From assembly GCA_023231475.1 (NCBI GenBank), contig JALJEE010001125.1, forward strand, positions 1 through 55,112: a stretch of 55,112 nucleotides of DNA, read 5' to 3'. The translations under genes and the position numbers were made by a program. Shown one piece after another: positions 1-11,948 of this stretch. Each line of letters begins with the position of its first letter. Within the stretch, counting starts at the first letter, position 1. The notes under the pieces are model-generated. The model made no database searches, had not been told where the DNA came from, and worked only from the letters and a program-made list of their open reading frames with translations. The stretch is from Seison nebaliae (lineage: Eukaryota).

Positions 1-1338
1 TTTTTAAATAGTCGAATAATCTTCTTTTATAATTTTATGATTTTATGATTTTAGCTAATTTCTTGTCAGAATCTGATGCTGAAGCACAAATGACTGTAAG
101 TTCTACCGTAGGCACAACTGGTGGCTCAAATGGTGCCTCAACCAGCGGTTCTACCGGTGGCTCAACTGATGGCTCAACTGGCGGTTAACTTTTCAAAAAC
201 AGAAAAAATTGTACAAATTTTTAATTATAGCATTGGATGATGATGATAATAATAATACGTCTGATGTAACCACAACTGTTACCCAAAACGCTACAACAAC
301 TAGCAAGTTTGATAGAATTAAAAGATATATTTTGTTAAATTTAATGTTTTTTTTAAAGTGGTACCAGAGTATTGGGCGAAAATGAGAAATTCGCCACTAT
401 TAATACTTCGATGGAAGTTGAATTCGCTGGCCAAGGTGAATGTGAAAGTCAACAGCAACAAATAGCAACTGAAATAGCAAAAGGAATGGATGAAAATGTT
501 GAAGGACAATCTGGTGGTCCTTGTACATCGCCAAAAAGAGCACCATTTGTCGTTCCAATTTTGTTTATTGTTGATCTTCGGAGTGTTGCAGAGAACATCT
601 TTACGGTAATTAGAACTGGCGATACCGATGCATTTACAAAGTTGATACAAACTGTTGTAAATAGTGCTTCAGTTAATTCAATTTTAAAGAAAATTTATGT
701 CACTTCTATCTCATCCCAAAAACGTTTAAAGTTTTTTAAATAGTCGAATAATCTTCTTTTATAATTTTATGATTTTAGCTAATTTCTTATCAGAATCTGA
801 TGCTGAAGCACAAATTGCTGCAAGTTCTGGAACGACTACAGCATCAGTTAACGGTCAAACTGGTTCTACTGGTGGCTCAAATGGTGCCTCAACCAGCAGT
901 TCTACCGGTGGCTCAACTGGTGGCTCAACTGGCGGTTCAACTGGTGGTTCAACAGACGGTGCTGCTGGTGGTTCAACAGACGGTGCTACTGGTGGTTCAA
1001 CAGACGGTTCTACTGGTGGTTCTACTGGCAGTTCTACTAAAGGTTCTACTGGCGGTTCAACTGAAGGTTCTACTGGTGGTACTACTGGCGTTTCAACTGA
1101 AGGTTCTACTGAAGATTTTAATGGTGATTCAACAGACGGTGCAATTGGTGGTTCAACAGATGGTGCTACAGGTGGTTCTACTGGTGGTTCTACTGGTAGT
1201 TCTATTGGCGGTTCTACTGGCGTTTCAACTGAAGGTTCTATTGGTGGTTCTACTGGCGGTTCAACTGAAGATTTTAATGGTGATTCAACATTTTCATCCA
1301 TTCCTTTTGCTATTTCAGTTGCTATTTGTTGCTTTTGA
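1..1338 (+). CDS. 5'-partial mucin-like protein with tandemly duplicated module (about 120-aa globular, possibly SEA-like domain plus Gly/Ser/Thr-rich repeats)
   Basis: Exons 55-183, 231-306, 359-723 and 779-1338 join in frame through GT-AG introns. GGST/EGST repeats occupy 860-1283. 1-186 is a direct copy of about 733-937. The SEA-like call is a guess from architecture. Confidence 0.6.
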
Positions 1339-1576
1339 CTTTCACATTCACCTTGGCCATCGAATTCAACTTCCATCGAAGTATTAATAGTGGCGAATTT
1401 CTCATTTTCGCCCAATACTCTAGTATCACTTTAAAAAAAAACATTAAATTTAACAAAATATATCTTTTAATTCTATCAAACTTGCTAGTTGTTGTAGGCG
1501 TATTATTATTATCATCATCATCCAACGCTATAATTAAAAATTTGTGCAATTTTTTCTGTTTTTGAAAAGTTAACCG
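182..1576. repeat. Inverted duplication: 1284-1576 is the reverse complement of 182-503
   Basis: Near-identical over both exons and introns, with a 30-nt in-frame deletion in the right copy and a few substitutions. Confidence 0.95.
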
Positions 1577-1772
1577 GCTGATATTCCAACTGCGAAACCG
1601 ACAATGACCGCTGAAATAATTATTGCTGCTAATATTCCAATGACCATTGGACTTAGAGCGGTTTTACGTATCTTACGATTTTCTCGTATATCTTCAGCGT
1701 GACTGAATAAATAAATATATAAATTTCAAAATGATGTCGATAATTTTCTAACATTAAAGTTGAAAATGCCAT
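855..1772 (-). CDS. Putative chimeric type II membrane protein (255 aa): TM anchor, first half of the module, then VEPP repeat tail
   Basis: Exons 1772-1753, 1702-1575, 1527-1482 and 1428-855 splice in frame: MAFSTLIHAEDIRENRKIRKTALSP-MVIGILAAIIISAVIVGFAVGISAAL (TM)...GENEKFATINTSMEVEF...MDENVE-SPLKSSVEPP(n). Confidence 0.5.
860..1290 (+). repeat. Degenerate 12-bp coding tandem repeat (ggtggttcaact family)
   Basis: Repeated ggt/ggc-ggt-tca/tct-act units with a higher-order duplication of gaagattttaatggtgattcaaca. Confidence 0.9.
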
Positions 1773-3191
1773 TTTGTTTTTGTCAAATAAAAATCTATTC
1801 CGAAAGTTTATGAGTAAACCTTTGATATTCACTTCATATTTATACACGTCGGAATGACACCCACGCTTTGTTCATATGTCATGAATCGGATTTTTGATAT
1901 TCACTATATCATGTCTCATCAGCAATAGATTTGTTGGTTTCAATAGATTGGACCGTAAAATTTAAAATTTAATTTTATAAACAATTATAATTTCAATAAC
2001 GTATGCTTTTGTTCATGACATTATAAGGCGTGAAATACATGACGTGACATTCTCTTGCACATTCGTAATATAATTTATATCAAATTAACATTATACATTG
2101 TTAAAGGATGAAATTTTGTCCGTGATATTAAGCTTTATAGAAAATTCGTCTAAGATAAGTGTCTAAGGCTATATAGAATATTTTAAATTTATTGGAGTTT
2201 ATTGGGAGATATCAAATATCACGAATTTCTCATCCTTTGATTATTATTATCATTTATTATGAAGTTTGAATGATAATTCTGTTAATTTATTCTCGTGACG
2301 AAAGAAATGTAATTCTTAAACAATTTATTGAACACCAATAAAGAAAGTTCGATAAATTCAATTATCCTTCTTCGTAATAAGATCTGGTAAAGAAATGACA
2401 TTATGATTGTTTTCATTCTTTCGGTTTCCTATAAAAAAAGTAAAGAATTGTCATCTATTCTCATAAATTTCAATTTTCAAAATTCATTCTTTGCAAACAT
2501 TCCATGTCGAACTGAAAAACTGAATTCAATTGAAACTTTCGTAGATGTCACTGTCGGATTCCTGTAATTCGATGATCAACATAGATTTTTTCTTGAAAAT
2601 CTTTTCTTAAATAAATTTTCAAATATTTTAGATGAGAGTAACTGTTGGATTGGAAAGGATGTGAGTCTCCTCAACATCTTCAATTTGGGAGGATAACTAA
2701 AAGTTCAGAGTTTAATGAAAGTTGGAAATAATGAGAATTATTTTGATTTCACTTTAATTATCTCCACCGAATCATCTTGATGTTTCTTTAAGATATTCGC
2801 GAAAAAATTCCCCTTGAACTTTTCAACGATACTTCTATTTTTTTCTGTGAGGAAATCTGGTGAATAATGAAAATAATTTGAATAGAACTTCGATTTGACG
2901 TCATCTTCTTGGAGGCTGGAAAAAGAGGAAAGTAAAATTGTTTTAAATTAAAATATTGATGATTGACCAAATGCAATGTTTTTAGTCTTTGTCTTCATTT
3001 TTCGATTATTCAACATATTAAATGAGCTAAACTAGAAAAAGGAAAAAATCCAAAAAAAAATTACAAAATCCAATTGAGTAATTGGTTGAATTTATTTATA
3101 AAGAATTCGTAATATAATTAAAAAGAATTCTTATTTACAACACATATTGATAAATAGAAAACTAAAAACAAATTGAAGAAATGAAGATGGT

Positions 3192-4337
3192 TCAATTTCG
3201 ACGTTTCTTTGACCGTCTGAATGGGCCACTACTTAAAAATTTGTCATTCAAAACATTTTTCACAGTTAATCGTAATCGATGAGCAAACTCGGTATTACCG
3301 TCATGAACGACCGTTTCCTCGGCAACTGTACAATGCAATGAACGTGCAATTCCTGTTAATTCATCGATTCTAATGTGCAAATCGGAATGAATTTTTCGAA
3401 TATTGAAATCGAATCCTTCTAAATAAAGGACAAGAATAAGAATGTGTGATATCAATGTCTCTCGTTCGTTCTTCATCATTTGTCCCTGTTTCCCGTTGTC
3501 TGATTTGACGATGAATTGTTTCATGAGAAATTCGGATAGAACTGAATTATTTTTGAATTGGGGAGGAAGTCGATGCAATTTGAATACTCTTGTGGAATAA
3601 GATTTTGCTAATTGCATTAAGAAATACAAATATCCGACGATACAATAATCGAGAAGATGTTCTTTGACGTTCGCTAAATCCTTCCGTAACTCTCCTACCA
3701 TATATTGAATGAATGATGGTAATGAGGAGAATTGTGTGTCTAATTCCATTTCCTTCTTCATCCAATTTTGTACGAAATCCATATTCTTTAACAATTTTAA
3801 AATGTGTGTGGGAATTATGCTACTGATATCGATCTCATCCTCTAAATTTTCCGATTCGTCCGATAAAGTTGGAAAGAAACTTTTCAAGATACTTGTCATT
3901 CCCGACTCTTCCGATTGACTGTTTTCCTTCTGATCTTTTAGAGTTCCTTCATCCAATAAATTGCTCACTCTCTTCTGTTCGTCAATTGAGAGCATGGAAT
4001 GCATATAATCGATATTGACTTTCTTCGCTTTCGCCGAACCGAATACTTGAACAAAATTACTTTTTGTAAACTCGTTGGTGGGAATATCCTCCTCATTCCT
4101 CATTGGAATGAGTGAAGCATTGACAACTTTCATTGGATATATTCGAACATGTTTCTTTCCCGGTCGCACATGAACAACAAATTGTTTTTTATCATCTCCA
4201 TAATCTTTAGTTGTGTAATGAACGTCACTCGAATCGATTTTCATAATTTTCTTTCCTGTCGATTCATCATCTTTCATGGTCGATACAAATCGTTTCGTTC
4301 GACCATGATCGGGCGCATTAAATTTAGTGAGAAACAT
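3192..4337 (-). CDS. POLR1E: RNA polymerase I subunit RPA49/PAF53-like
   Basis: Intronless ORF. FVQVFGSAKAKK resembles the A49 linker motif, and the C-terminal LISHILILVLYLEGFDFNIRKIHSDLHIRIDELTGIARSLHC resembles the A49 tandem winged helix. First ATG at 4337. Confidence 0.7.
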   Translation of the reverse strand: MFLTKFNAPDHGRTKRFVSTMKDDESTGKKIMKIDSSDVHYTTKDYGDDKKQFVVHVRPGKKHVRIYPMKVVNASLIPMRNEEDIPTNEFTKSNFVQVFGSAKAKKVNIDYMHSMLSIDEQKRVSNLLDEGTLKDQKENSQSEESGMTSILKSFFPTLSDESENLEDEIDISSIIPTHILKLLKNMDFVQNWMKKEMELDTQFSSLPSFIQYMVGELRKDLANVKEHLLDYCIVGYLYFLMQLAKSYSTRVFKLHRLPPQFKNNSVLSEFLMKQFIVKSDNGKQGQMMKNERETLISHILILVLYLEGFDFNIRKIHSDLHIRIDELTGIARSLHCTVAEETVVHDGNTEFAHRLRLTVKNVLNDKFLSSGPFRRSKKRRN

Positions 4338-4492
4338 CTTAATCGAAAAGAAAAGATAGAAATGATTTACCTCCCAAAAAACATTTTTACAGAAACATGG
4401 AATTTGAAAAACATCCAATTTCCACACACTTAATATAAAATGAAGAAGAAAAAGAAGAAAAAAAAATTAATTAGAAGAAAAATAATTTCGTT

Positions 4493-5917
4493 TCACATAA
4501 ACTGTTGACGTCGATGATCGATATCACCATTAGTCATTGGAATTGGAAATTCATTATAAGAGTTACTGTTATTGTTGTTGTTTGAATTGAATGAATCATC
4601 ATTCTCTAACACAATTATTTCGTCCACTACTTCACCATCTTCCAATTCCATATCGATCGGTTCTGATGATTTTTGTGAAATCGTCTCATTTGATGAATTA
4701 CGTGGACTGTCTCGTTTGGAAGTGCTTTCTAGATACTGTAATTTATCGTTCGTTATTTCATTCATCAAATCAAAAATTCGACGTGAATTCGATACAGACG
4801 TGGCATCAGAAACGGTTCGATCAAACGGTTGAATTCCTTTATCGAACGGAAGAATTTCATTAATAAAATTCTTCTCTTTCGGTTTCTTCTCACTCAAATT
4901 ACAAACGATAGTCGCCGCTTTCTCTAAACGTGTCTTCTTCGTTTTTAACAATTCATCTTTCAAATCATCGTCGCCTATTCGAGCTCGTTTCATTGTATCA
5001 TAACCATCATCTTTCTTATTGATTGGTAACAATTTCTCTAAGGAAAACTCCTTATCAAATTGAGTCACATTATATTTCCGATATTCGTCAATATAACCAT
5101 CGGGTATGGGACCGTTATATCCAGGAAATTTAAATAATAGATGTTCCATAAAAGAAATCGGCGTTTCTTCTCGTTTCCGTTTTCCTGATGTCGATTCATT
5201 AAATGTCAATTTTCCAGTTCGATTCTCCGCAAATTTCAACCAACCGGCCGGAAATCCTAAACATCTCATCCGGTAAACGAATGATGGCAATTGATTTTGG
5301 TGCACATTTAGTGCACGTAGCAAATCTTCTGACCATTCGCCCGGAATCATCTTTTGGCATTTCTGTTTCATCATATGTGACATATCATTCGGATGTGGAA
5401 TGAATCCTTCATGATATTTCCGATCGAATAGATTCCCTGAATGGTTATTTTTTTCTGCGTTAAATTTTTCGATATTTCTTCGGATCGTTTCAACGGAACG
5501 ATCTTTTGGACAATTCCTAATTTCGTGACCACTTTCATTACAATTGAAACATTTATTCCTCCTCTTATTGAGATCTTCCTTCGTATCAGTTGGTGGTTGA
5601 GTATCGAAAGCAAATGTCAAGCATTCCTGGAAATCTGTAGGTCCATATAACGGTGAAATATCATCACCTCGTAAGAAATCGTCTCTCATAATCGATGATC
5701 GATCAATACAATAATTTGAATAATATTCAACTGGATTACTTCTTCCTTTTTTATCTTCATCGTCCGATTCGTCATCTCCAAACTTTTTATGGAGAGCACT
5801 TCTATTAATCAGTTTCCTCACACTTTTCAAAGTTTTCAAAATGTTTCCTTCTATATATTCCGTCAAGTCCGGTGACAAATCACCATAACTGATTGATATA
5901 TGAAAATTCATGAGCAA
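4493..5917 (-). CDS. ZCCHC8: Zinc finger CCHC domain protein 8 (NEXT complex scaffold); 5' exon not resolved
   Basis: Zinc knuckle CFNCNESGHEIRNCP followed by a PSP domain (PGEWSEDLLRALNVHQNQLPSFVYRMRCLGFPAGWL) and FPGYN. Confidence 0.9.
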   Translation of the reverse strand: MLMNFHISISYGDLSPDLTEYIEGNILKTLKSVRKLINRSALHKKFGDDESDDEDKKGRSNPVEYYSNYCIDRSSIMRDDFLRGDDISPLYGPTDFQECLTFAFDTQPPTDTKEDLNKRRNKCFNCNESGHEIRNCPKDRSVETIRRNIEKFNAEKNNHSGNLFDRKYHEGFIPHPNDMSHMMKQKCQKMIPGEWSEDLLRALNVHQNQLPSFVYRMRCLGFPAGWLKFAENRTGKLTFNESTSGKRKREETPISFMEHLLFKFPGYNGPIPDGYIDEYRKYNVTQFDKEFSLEKLLPINKKDDGYDTMKRARIGDDDLKDELLKTKKTRLEKAATIVCNLSEKKPKEKNFINEILPFDKGIQPFDRTVSDATSVSNSRRIFDLMNEITNDKLQYLESTSKRDSPRNSSNETISQKSSEPIDMELEDGEVVDEIIVLENDDSFNSNNNNNSNSYNEFPIPMTNGDIDHRRQQFM

Positions 5918-6814
5918 AACTGATAGAAGATGAAAAGGTAAGAAATATTGACGTCGAACAATCGATTTATAATCAAAGATTTCTCCTCAAATTTTTTACG
6001 TCAACGTACGTTTAATTTCAATTTTTTTCCTCCAAAGTTGTTGTTGTTAATTATGTAATTTTTTCCAACACAATTTACAATATTCCATAATTTTGAATTT
6101 AATTTGTTTTCAATTTTAAGCCTAATATTAAACTTACCCTCAAATTCTAATGCTTTCCTTACTTTTTACTTCCTTATTAATTGGAAAAAATAAAATGTAT
6201 TTTATATTTGCAAAAAAAAAATTGGAAATTCTGTACACCAAAAAAACCATCTAATGCTATATAATGATCTAAAAACCAAAAAAAGATTGGAAAAAGATAT
6301 AGTGAAAAGACAGAAAAAGATCGATCAGAGAATATTGGAGAACGTATAAAAAATAATTTTTCTGCTTTTCAACAAAGACTAAATAACAAATTTGTTCAAT
6401 TTTCTTTCAATTATTTGAGGATGAGAATAATTGCGTCATAAATTCTTATTGTTCGATGTTAGGTATTGACACATGTTAAGTTGATTAATGTAGCGAAGTG
6501 TGAAAATATGATAGATAGATGAAATGAGATAAATTTTAAGATATATTTGTCTTCAAAATTGAAGCTTAATTTGTAAATTAAAGGAATATTATTTTTCATT
6601 TAATTTTATATTAAAATCATTCTACAATAGAATTTGAGTATTAAAGTGAATACGAATGATAAGAAATTGAATAGAAAAATAAAAATATTAGTTGATCATT
6701 TAAATTTTGATATTATTTTTTATTCGGAGTGATAGAATGAGATAATTTCCTTCTTTCTTTCCATAACAGAAACACATTCCTTTTTTGTCCCTACATTCAA
6801 TCATTGAAAGAGAA

Positions 6815-7039
6815 ATGGCACGGGGACAACAAAAAATTCAGTCACAGCAAAAAAATGCGGCAAAGAAAGCTGCGAAAGCGAAAGGTCAGAGCCAAGATCA
6901 GAAGAAGGCGGCAGCGAAAGCTTTAACTATCAAATGTGCAGTGTGTATGTCACAGATGCCCGATCCGAAGACATACAAGCAACATTTCGAGAACAAACAC
7001 CCGAAAAATGATCTGCCAGAAGACTTGAAAGAAATTTAA
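6815..7039 (+). CDS. ZNF706: Zinc finger protein 706 (74 aa)
   Basis: MARGQQKIQSQQKN...CAVCMSQMPDPKTYKQHFENKHPK is the family signature. Confidence 0.95.
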   Translation: MARGQQKIQSQQKNAAKKAAKAKGQSQDQKKAAAKALTIKCAVCMSQMPDPKTYKQHFENKHPKNDLPEDLKEI

Positions 7040-8614
7040 TTGATATTGTCAATTTTGAATGGATATTTCCTTTCTTAGAATTCGATGCGATTCTAATGAA
7101 ATTCCATGAGATTTTCCTCTTGTATTTCTTATTTTCTTATTACCTGCGGCATATTGATTTTCGTTTCGATAATTATTTAATGATGAAAACAAATAGCTTA
7201 TTAATCTCCATCTTCTCTCATTTGGGAATTAAATGAAGTCTCTTCTTTCTGGAAGGGAAATGGTTTAATGGAATAGTTCTGATAAGTAGGAGGTATTATT
7301 TAAATTGAAGGTGAGACGTTCGTTAGGGAGGAAGTCGATTTACTAAACAATGAGGTGGAAATGTAGACAATGAATTAACATTGGAATGAAGTCCATATGT
7401 TGGGAAGGAAATGAAAGCGATCCTTTATTTATGAGAGAGAACTTGCTTCCTCTTCATTCATTCATTTATTCTTTCGGTGGAATGATCATTACAGTTGATT
7501 AGCAGAAGTCTCTCCGTCCTTCATCTTTCCCATTATCAGTACAATAATGAAAGAAGTGAGGAGAGTATGAGATATGAGAATCACTTTCCTCTCGGAGAAT
7601 TATCAATCATCATTTTCATTATAAACAATATCCGTTCCATCTGAAATGGCAGACTACCACAATTAATTGAAAAGTTCTGACAAAAACGATTGAAAAAGAA
7701 TCATTCGTGAAATTATTTGTTGGAGAAGAGAACACCATTCAAATAATACAAATAACTATAAGAGATAATTTAATTTTGAATGATGACAATCAGTTGCAAT
7801 ATAATTTTGAGGATGTGACGAGAATATGATGTAATAAGTAGTTTTCATTCGGGCTATGTATGAGATATTGCTTAAAGAATTGCTTATATTCAATGATTGC
7901 CGTTGGTGAAGAATGAAGACAAACAAAAAAAGGAAAAGTAACGAAGAACTTTTAATTTCATAGTAAATAGTGAATGATAGTGTAGAAATATCGTAGCGCA
8001 TTCAAACATAGAGAAAAATGCCGGATATTATTTATTATTTATATATCGATCAATGATAATGGTGATATGGATGTCTCTATGGGACACGGTCTCTCCGTCT
8101 AAATCATCTCCATTCTCTCCAACAATTATGACCATGACAAATTATTTCTCCCACATTTATTCATAAATATAGATTATACAATTTAATGATCCCACAATCA
8201 TTAATTAAACTTCCCACCAAAAAACCGATTCCATTTTACATAATCCAATAATGTTAACGCTTCAATATTGTGGAAAGTCTATTATAAAAGAATTGTTTAA
8301 ATTCTATTCTTCTTTTCCAATTCATTCGATAAGTGGTTTATCAGTATTTTGATAAAGAATTACCTCTGAAAATTCTCCGAGTTCATTGTTGGACAATTGG
8401 TATAACAAAGAAATAAATTATATCGTGTCAAATAATATTGAGAGTACAATCGATTCATTCAATATTGTCCAAGTCATTCAGTAACATGAAAGACAGAAAT
8501 AAGACGAATCAGCATATGGAATGTTTACGATTATTAATGTTTCCCTTCCAAATCATCCATTCTCTCAAATGAGAGTGCACGATCGATTTGAAACACGTTA
8601 AATTTTAATAAATT

Positions 8615-8762
8615 TCTGTGAGTTTATTCAACTTTCTCCCAAATAATTTCTCATTTTCGTCGAGCAAGACGTAATTGTTCGTTTTCATTCAAAAGGAAAT
8701 TCCATTGAACATTCCAAATTATAAATATTCTAACAAAGAATTATTCGTCCAACTATTATCTA
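8615..8762 (+). repeat. 148-bp segment duplicated at 13440-13587
   Basis: Direct copy with only about 3 mismatches. Confidence 0.95.
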
Positions 8763-9874
8763 CCCGTCTCATCAGACGTGTTCAGAAATCGATTGTTCAT
8801 TCATTGTGATAACTGATGAATTGAGTCGTTGTTTCATTGACGATATTGATTTCCGTTTATTGCCCTCCTCTCCACCGGAGAGATCTGAGCGGAAATATCT
8901 CAATATTTGTTCAATACATATACTCCTCATTGCTCATGACGAATTATGAATATTTTATTTGTTCAACGGAGACCAGTCGCCCGCCCGCCCGCCATTCTTC
9001 TTCCATTTCTAATAAATTGTGTTTTATACGATTTCCTCTTTCTACAACTCATTGTTTTGAATACTAATCGAAAATTATAAATTTCCTCTTCTTTCCTCCT
9101 CACAATTTCATGGGGAAACAGAACACGAACTTTCCATTCCTATCTCTTTTCGTGCGGAGGAATATTAGGCAATTCTCATGTCGATCATCATTCCACTCAA
9201 TCTATTTAAATTATCCATTAATTAGTCATAATTGTTTCCATCAATTTAATTGTTTTCTTCATCATTCTCTCATTATTCCAACTTTTGCTCATAACATCTA
9301 ACTTATTATGAAATTATGAAATATATGTAATTTTCCTTAACGAGAGAATTTCAAATTTCTTCTACTTTATCATAATATGAAATAATTAAATAAGTGATAG
9401 ATATCCGTAGACTTAATAGAATTATCTCAAATAGGAAATTCCAATTTATTTTCAAAAACGATCGAGCACTCTTCATTATTTGTAGAAGTGATGAGTTATT
9501 CGTAAATGTCACACTTGTTTCAATTTATTATTGACATAATGTCAATCACTAAATGACATGAGTGCGAATTGCTCGTCCCTAACTGGATTTTCGAACGGTT
9601 TTTAAAATGAGATAAGGATCAGTCAATCCTCTTTCTGAGATTACATAATCTTTTAGCATTCGATTAGTTGAACATTGAGTGAAAGAGAAGAATAATTAAT
9701 GAGACTATTCATTGGGGAGAATGGGTCGAATTGTTGTCAATTGGAATTTGTCATAAACCAATTTAATATGATCTAATCGGTTACGAGGAAATTATTCAAT
9801 CTCTTCCAAGCAGAAGACAAATGAATGAATTGTTGTAGAATGAATTATAATTATTATTCGATTTATTCTCTCAG

Positions 9875-11808
9875 GGAGAATTAGTGGAAAGTAGAATGTC
9901 AAATTATGCACTAGCTCAATCACATCGATGTCAACATCTCCAACAATCACACGATTATGCAAATCGATTATTTTGTCCACCGATCTTTGACCTCCTAATT
10001 TGTTGGGAAGCGCAGCCGGTTAACACCACTGCTAATCAATCCTGTCCCTCCTATATTCCATTGTTTGATGAATCGAGTTAATTCCACTAAATTTTTTTTA
10101 CCAATTCCATCAAAATCACCATCAATTTCTTTAGAGTTCGCTTATAAATCTTGTTTGTCGAATGGAACGTGGTTTCAACGATATCGTACCTCCACTAATT
10201 CCTATGACCAATATACAAATTACACAAATTGCAAAATACAAAAAACCATCGATCGACAATTAGTGAAACCGACGTCGGAAAATGTTTAAAATTCCTAAAC
10301 TTTCTTCTCAATTTCTTTTCAGTTCGTCCAATATTCAAACGTCGCTCAAATCCATACAATTGGTTCGACTGTCTCACTAATCTGTCTTTGTGTGGCCGTC
10401 ATTCTCATATTGATAACGAAGTTAAACTATTTTCATTTTTATCATTAAAATTTTAAAAAAAAATTTCGAAATTTCAAATTTTAAACAAAAAAGGAAATTA
10501 CGTCGTTCCGCTCGATACAAATTGCATATGAGCTTGATGTTCTCGTTAATATTCCAAGCGTTGATGTTGATTTTGCGAAAGGCGTTGTTCGTTCAAGATT
10601 TGGGATTGCGGAAGGATTTGATGACTCAATCCGAATTCAATCGTTTATTGTATGAAGGAGCAAATAAAAATCTCACTCCCACAACTCTATCACCTTTGGC
10701 ATTGGCTACGGATAAGAAACGAGAAAAACTCATTTTTCGTGATAGCGATGCGCCTGTTTATTTACATTATTCTCATAATTTCAATTTTATCATAACATTT
10801 CCATCATTCTCAGCATTGGGAATGTAAATTGATTATAACATTGATGAATTATGGAGAGGTGGTGGTGGCGGCATTCGTATTCCTCGAAGGACTCTACCTC
10901 ACTCTATTGTTGGATGTGCCGTTCGCAACGGCGGAAGATTCGAAACAGATGCGTCAATATATGGTGGGCGGTATCAGTGTTCCATTCGTGATCATTAGTA
11001 TTTGGGCATTCGTCAAATTGACATGTTCAAATTATTAGTTAGAATTCCATTTCCTCATTCCATATCAAGTATTTCAAATAGTTGTTGGAATTATACACCG
11101 ATTAGTGAAGATCAAGTTTATGAATGGATTTATCAAGCTCCAATTTTTGTTTCAATTTTGGTTTATCTTTCAATTTCTCTCTCATCATTCATCGAATGAT
11201 ATTTAGTTGAATTTGGGATTCTTTATTAACACCGTTCGAGTTCTCATAACGAAATTACATGCAGATAAAGATTTCTCTTCTGATCGTCGCGGTTCAGTTG
11301 GAAGAATTATTCGCAAGTTAACATTTCTTTAATGATTCCAATATTAATTCATGAGATATTTATAGAAGAAATATGTTACGAAGATTATCGAGATCATTTC
11401 TCGTTCTCCTCCCAATTTTCGGTACTCATTATTTCATATTTCTTTGGGTTCATCTCATTAAACGCGTCGAATTACCGCTCAAACTGATTTATGTTCAATT
11501 ATACTTCGAAGCGATTACATCCGCCTTCCAAGTTTTTTCATCAATCTCAAACAAATTCGTCATTCACTTTTTAGGGAACAATCGTCTCTATAATTTTCTG
11601 TTTCGCGAATTCTGAAGTTCGGGAGGAATTGCGCAAATTATACATTCGACACAAACAAAGTCGGACGATCAAACAAGAGTTCTTTGCAAAACAGACGAAG
11701 GCGTCCATCGAGAGTCATTCATTATTATTCCGTTCACCAACTAAAATTTCAATTACAACCTATAAAGAAGATGAACTACCAAAATTGGTTCGTTATGCCA
11801 CCCGGTAA
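9875..11808 (+). CDS. Class B1 (secretin-family) GPCR, PTH-receptor-like; 5' end unresolved
   Basis: Hormone-binding domain (CPPIFDLLICW, CPSYI, AYKSCLSNGTW, NYTNC). TM1 TIGSTVSLICLCVAVILI, TM2 LHMSLMFSLI, TM3 FLEGLYL, TM5 WIYQAPI, TM6 LVLLPIFGTHY, TM7 FQGTIVSIIFCFANSEVREEL. Eight short introns. Confidence 0.9.
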
Positions 11809-11948
11809 CATCATATTATGTAAATAAGTTTTTTGTAAATAATTTATTTTCTAATTTTTTGGTAAATACGATTAACTACTACTATCTTCCGCTTAAACTA
11901 TATTCTATTTATATTTTATTTTATAAATCGACTTTCCTGAGTTATTGC

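Noticed and set aside
800..1387. 195-aa Leu/Val/Gln-rich ORF
   Set aside because: Alternative frame of the GGST repeat; it stays open only because the repeat lacks stops in that frame.
2220..3016. Possible multi-exon gene on the - strand (LQEDDVKSKFYSNYF..., LSSQIEDVEETH...)
   Set aside because: Exon-like pieces exist, but I could not assemble a consistent frame or recognise homology.
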